40,949 nucleotides of DNA, from contig JBHLLO010000026.1 in assembly GCA_048885535.1 (NCBI GenBank), positions 1 to 40,949 on the forward strand, read 5' to 3'. Position 1 is the stretch's first letter; the number at the start of each line of letters is the position of its first letter. Made by a program: the position numbers and the translations under genes. Below are positions 37,554 to 40,949 of the stretch, piece after piece. Source of the DNA: Candidatus Hermodarchaeota archaeon (lineage in GTDB: Archaea; Asgardarchaeota; Lokiarchaeia; Sigyniarchaeales; SOKP01). The notes under the pieces are model-generated. The model made no database searches. It had not been told where the DNA came from and saw only the letters and a program-made list of their open reading frames with translations.

Positions 37554-38183
37554 ATGACAGATACCTCTAAAAGTAAGGTATTGATGGTAACAAATATAGT
37601 TAAGAATAGGGGTATAATGGCAAGTGTATTAGAAAGCGCATTCATAAATTTTAGTTCAAAATCGGCTACTCTGAATTACATATTTCGAAATGTAGGTTTT
37701 ACAGATTCTCACGGTAATATAATCGTTTTTCCTGATTCTCTCATTAGAAAGGTATGCCGAGAGGTAAAAATCACAGGGGAAGTAGCAGATGGGATCATTA
37801 ATGAGTTTCTATTAAACACTCTATGCTTTAAAAGACTTCTGAATTGTAATACATTCACATGGAAGAATGATCTTTCAAAATTAAAGCGAAAGTTGAGGAT
37901 TTATTTACATAAAGCTTATTATATTGCTCCAGTTTTCAATTACAGGCGAGCGAGAATCAATAGTGAAATACTGATTAGCTTGATGCAAAAAAAGTTTTAT
38001 TTTCCACGATTTACCACTCAACTTGCCTTGGTAATATTTGTGACTGATGCAAATAATAAAAATAAGTTATTTGATACCCCTCTTCTTCAAAAGAATCTTC
38101 GAGCATTTTGTGATTGTTCTGCATTTGCATTTCATCGAGCTAGAAATAAACTAAGAATAAATAATCAGGGACACATTTTTTAA
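37554..38183 (+). CDS. Basic protein with C-terminal TFB-like cyclin fold/HTH
   Basis: QLALVIFV...PLLQKNLRAFCDCSAFAFHRARNKL resembles a TFB repeat (AAaLY...tQkeia..a.vs..tir). Confidence 0.6.
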   Translation: MTDTSKSKVLMVTNIVKNRGIMASVLESAFINFSSKSATLNYIFRNVGFTDSHGNIIVFPDSLIRKVCREVKITGEVADGIINEFLLNTLCFKRLLNCNTFTWKNDLSKLKRKLRIYLHKAYYIAPVFNYRRARINSEILISLMQKKFYFPRFTTQLALVIFVTDANNKNKLFDTPLLQKNLRAFCDCSAFAFHRARNKLRINNQGHIF

Positions 38184-38192
38184 TGATAAACT

Positions 38193-39122
38193 ATGAATTC
38201 CAAAGCTGAAGAGATATATCAAAGGTTATTAGATTCAGGAATTTCTGAAGAAGAGTTGGAACATAAAATTCAGAAAAAAGCACACGAATATTCTGGATTC
38301 ATGTCTAAACAAGGAATATTGTTTCTTATAGCTAAGGAATTTGGAATTGAATTTAATGAACCTGATACTGATTCTTCAATTTATGAAGAAATTGAGAATG
38401 GAATTGATTATGACGAATTTACCATTCCAATAGAAAAGGTGAGAGATGGAATGGTAAACATTGTTCTGTTAGCTAAAATCTTAAAACTATCCCCGATCCG
38501 GCAATTTATTCGAAAAGATGGTTCCCAAGGGGTTGTAAGTTCACTTATTGTTGGAGATAAATCAGGATTAATTAAAGTGGTTATTTGGAATGAAAAGGCA
38601 AATGCTATCAGGAGTAAATTTTTCAAAGAAGGGGAAATTATTCGTATTCTTGGTGATTATTCAAAAACCAACAAAGAAGGTGAGATTGAGGTCCATATTA
38701 GCAAAAGAGGAAAGATTATCCTAGCTCCTATAGATATTGACTCTATTACTAAACAAAACTTAGAGAAAATCAAACCTATGGATATAAAATCAGGTAAAAA
38801 ATTTTCCCAGAATCAGTTTATGATTAATGTATTGATTTCTAAGTATTCGTTTATTAAGAGAATACAAGGGCAAGTTTACATTGAAGAATTTAAAGAAATT
38901 ACTAAAAAAAATGGCGAAAAGACCTTTTTATTAAAATTCATTCTGCAAGATGATTCTGGTTATGTACGAGTAAACATTTGGGGCATGACTGCAGCAGAGA
39001 CTCTTAAGATCATTGAAGATGGAATACACATTAGAATAATAAATGTTATAGTTAAAAAAAATGACTTCACAAATGAAAAAGAGTTAGTCTTTACTAAAGC
39101 TTCTTCAATTGAAGTTATTTAG
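38193..39122 (+). CDS. RPA/SSB-like ssDNA-binding protein (helical N-domain + two OB folds)
   Basis: FIRKDG..G.V.SL.VGD.SG.IKVVIW and KKNGE.TF...LQDDSG.VRV.IWG. Confidence 0.85.
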   Translation: MNSKAEEIYQRLLDSGISEEELEHKIQKKAHEYSGFMSKQGILFLIAKEFGIEFNEPDTDSSIYEEIENGIDYDEFTIPIEKVRDGMVNIVLLAKILKLSPIRQFIRKDGSQGVVSSLIVGDKSGLIKVVIWNEKANAIRSKFFKEGEIIRILGDYSKTNKEGEIEVHISKRGKIILAPIDIDSITKQNLEKIKPMDIKSGKKFSQNQFMINVLISKYSFIKRIQGQVYIEEFKEITKKNGEKTFLLKFILQDDSGYVRVNIWGMTAAETLKIIEDGIHIRIINVIVKKNDFTNEKELVFTKASSIEVI

Positions 39123-39138
39123 AAGATAAAGAAAGAGA

Positions 39139-39153
39139 TTTTTTCTTTATATA
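39139..39153 (+). promoter_or_regulatory. T-rich-BRE promoter TTTTTTC-TTTATATA
   Basis: Strict motif; 21 nt before ATG 39175. Confidence 0.7.
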
Positions 39154-39174
39154 TAAATAGTAAATAAAGGGGGT

Positions 39175-39582
39175 ATGAGTGATTTGCACAAAAACAGTGG
39201 AACTCAGACAACAGAAGAGAGAAGCACTCGGTATTATAATGATTGGCTTGACGGTAAACGTGTAATTGCATGCTTCATTGATCAAGAGAACGATAACAAA
39301 TGGTACGATTACTATACAGGAGCAGAAGCTTCATGTATCAAAAAAGGAACTCTACTATTTGATAGTCAGTACAAAACCTACTATAAAATAAAGGAATTGT
39401 TCTTTACAATTGATGCTTCAGAGCTATATGTGTATGTGGAGCAAGTTCTTCAAGAAGATTTAGATATCTTGCGTATTAGGTATGATCTCACTCAAGGACC
39501 TGAATGGAAGAAGCAGGGTGAGAAGAATGTTTCTTCTCAAGTTGACTCAAAAGTTGACCAGTATAACTTGTATTATCTTTAG
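39175..39582 (+). CDS. Hypothetical protein
   Basis: Clean ORF with promoter at leaderless spacing. Confidence 0.75.
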   Translation: MSDLHKNSGTQTTEERSTRYYNDWLDGKRVIACFIDQENDNKWYDYYTGAEASCIKKGTLLFDSQYKTYYKIKELFFTIDASELYVYVEQVLQEDLDILRIRYDLTQGPEWKKQGEKNVSSQVDSKVDQYNLYYL

Positions 39583-39586
39583 AATA

Positions 39587-39769
39587 TTAGACATATATAA
39601 GCTTTACATCTTTAGCCATTTTTTTTGAGCGTATTTTCATTAGAATCTTCAAAATTAATTCTATCAGCTTATCTTCTGACATTTCATGGAGTTCTTCATC
39701 AGAGTTCTCTTTAAGTAGTTCTTGGTAAACTTGAGTTTCTTCTGCTAGAGTGAGCTTTAGCTTTTTAAT
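39587..39769 (-). CDS. Possible unannotated helical protein of about 60 aa (IKKLKLTLAEETQVYQELL...KDVKLIYV); start uncertain
   Basis: Open frame filling the gap, with no ATG/GTG/TTG at its 5' end. Confidence 0.35.
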   Translation of the reverse strand: MKKLKLTLAEETQVYQELLKENSDEELHEMSEDKLIELILKILMKIRSKKMAKDVKLIYV

Positions 39770-39871
39770 CCGTTGATTTCTGAAAAAACAAGGAATAATA
39801 AGGTCACTTCAAATAATTCTATTTTTTAATAAGAATATCTGCTATAAATGATTTATTTAGGTTGGTATAGA

Positions 39872-39886
39872 TTTTTTCTTTAAATA
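39872..39886 (+). promoter_or_regulatory. T-rich-BRE promoter TTTTTTC-TTTAAATA
   Basis: Strict motif upstream of the roadblock-GTPase pair. Confidence 0.65.
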
Positions 39887-39935
39887 GGCTTCTTTTATTC
39901 TCCTCTTAGAACATTAATGGACGTGATAATAAAAA

Positions 39936-40469
39936 GTGTCATTTTATGTACCGAAAGTATTATATGAAAATGAAATTGCTGATGTTTTAGATGAAATTCG
40001 TTTAAGTTATGGCAAGTTAACCAGAAAAGGATTTATCTATGGACTAATCACTATTGATCAAGACGCTAAAATTATTGCAATTGACTCTCGATTTGATAGA
40101 AAACTTAATTATTGGGATTTAAGCTCAATTGGAGCGGCACTATATGGCGTGGCTCGCCAAGCACAAGACTTTTTTGAGGCTCAAGCTTTAATTCGTGCCA
40201 CTCTTATCTTTAAGGATTTACAGTTATATGTAAAGTCAGTCGGCAAAATAGACCTTCCCAACAAAGGTGATAGAGAAATTTTAGTAATCCTATTAGTGAA
40301 TAATGAAGTAAATATTGGGGTGCTAATCCTTCAAATGAGTAAATATGCCGAGCAAATACGAAAAGCCATCAAAAAAAGTAATGAAATCATGACTAAGTTG
40401 GAAATGAATGAAGCTGAGCTTAAAAAGTATCTGAGAAACTTAAAGCAGAAAGTATTTGGATCCACTTAG
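39936..40469 (+). CDS. Roadblock/LC7 (MglB-like) protein
   Basis: ITIDQDAKIIA...LSSIGAALYGVA...VNIGVL roadblock pattern; directly upstream of the GTPase. Confidence 0.75.
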   Translation: MSFYVPKVLYENEIADVLDEIRLSYGKLTRKGFIYGLITIDQDAKIIAIDSRFDRKLNYWDLSSIGAALYGVARQAQDFFEAQALIRATLIFKDLQLYVKSVGKIDLPNKGDREILVILLVNNEVNIGVLILQMSKYAEQIRKAIKKSNEIMTKLEMNEAELKKYLRNLKQKVFGST

Positions 40470-40494
40470 GACATTTTTGGAGGGAATACTCAAA

Positions 40495-40949
40495 ATGTCA
40501 TCTGATTCAAATGGAAAAAGAATGTCAAAGAAAAAAGATATAAATGTTAGTAGAAAAACTACTCCGAAAGCACTCAAAGAAGTCTTGCAGTTCAAAATTG
40601 TGTATTGGGGTCCTGGTGAAAGTGGAAAGACTACTAATTATTTTCGCTTGAGGGAAAAATTTAACGGGATTGTGCTTAATAAGGGAATTTCAATCGAAAC
40701 CACAGATGGTAGAACTCTTTGGCAAGATTCTATTCGTGTATCTTTTTTTATTGATTTAGGGGAAGTCAAATTTAACGTTATAACTCAGGTAGTAACATGT
40801 ACTGGGCAAGAGCGTTTTTTACAAACAAGGGAATATGTTCTTGATGGAGCAGATGGAGTTGTATTCGTTGGAGATTCTGATCCGGAAAAGATTGAACAAA
40901 ATAAGAGAAGTTTTAGGGAATTAGTGAGTTTTACTAAGAAGATTAAAAT
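40495..40949 (+). CDS. MglA-like small GTPase; 3' end runs off the window
   Basis: Manual translation: KIVYWGPGESGKTTN, ETTDGRTLWQD, TCTGQERF, GADGVVFVGDS; GGAGG SD. Confidence 0.9.
   Translation, partial: MSSDSNGKRMSKKKDINVSRKTTPKALKEVLQFKIVYWGPGESGKTTNYFRLREKFNGIVLNKGISIETTDGRTLWQDSIRVSFFIDLGEVKFNVITQVVTCTGQERFLQTREYVLDGADGVVFVGDSDPEKIEQNKRSFRELVSFTKKIK

Noticed and set aside
3014-38626. Short ORFs at 3014, 4091, 4107, 5251, 12193, 12569, 12665, 12939, 17498, 19071, 19437, 24580, 25565, 26069, 30900, 32535 and 38408
   Set aside because: They overlap well-supported genes or promoters on another frame or strand and have no recognisable motifs.
30733-39153. T-tracts interpreted only as terminators
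   Set aside because: Copies after tsaA, fen and RPA may double as terminators, but the fixed C-TTTA(A/T)A junction, the 20-24 nt spacing to starts and the copies in divergent spacers are not explained by termination.
3700-40949. Cluster as an integrated conjugative element or provirus
   Set aside because: No integrase, relaxase, primase, capsid, tRNA or att repeats were seen, and ordinary genes are interleaved. A chromosomal regulon fits better, though the right boundary is outside the window.
1-40949. CRISPR arrays, tRNA/rRNA genes, IS elements
   Set aside because: No regular repeat-spacer pattern, GC-rich structured RNA segment or transposase was detected by eye.

Overview
AT-rich archaeal chromosomal segment, most likely from an Asgard archaeon (Lokiarchaeia-like). 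This assignment is inferred from the TFB, RadA, FEN1 and RPA paralogues, a roadblock + MglA-like GTPase pair and the low GC. After a partial penicillin-acylase gene and carbamate kinase, about 36 kb (approx. 3.7-40.9 kb) holds a dense set of divergent DNA-handling genes. These are a 5-gene membrane operon with a helix-hairpin-helix (HhH) membrane protein and a VirB4/HerA-like protein with degenerate Walker motifs, a Hel308 helicase with an inserted SWIM finger, a Hef/FANCM helicase with a dead nuclease domain, RadA with an extra C-terminal HhH, a RadB-like ATPase, an atypical FEN1, RPA, a pilin-like 2-TM protein and a divergent TFB. The main sequence-level observation is a shared non-canonical promoter, TTTT(T/C)C-TTTA(A/T)A, in which a T-tract replaces the usual A-rich BRE. 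I found 14 strict and about 6 variant copies by eye, almost all directly upstream of these transcription units, while interspersed unrelated genes carry ordinary A-rich BRE-TATA promoters. Working hypothesis: an alternative-TFB (sigma-like) regulon coupling membrane DNA transfer with recombination. No rRNA, tRNA, CRISPR array, integrase or transposase was seen.
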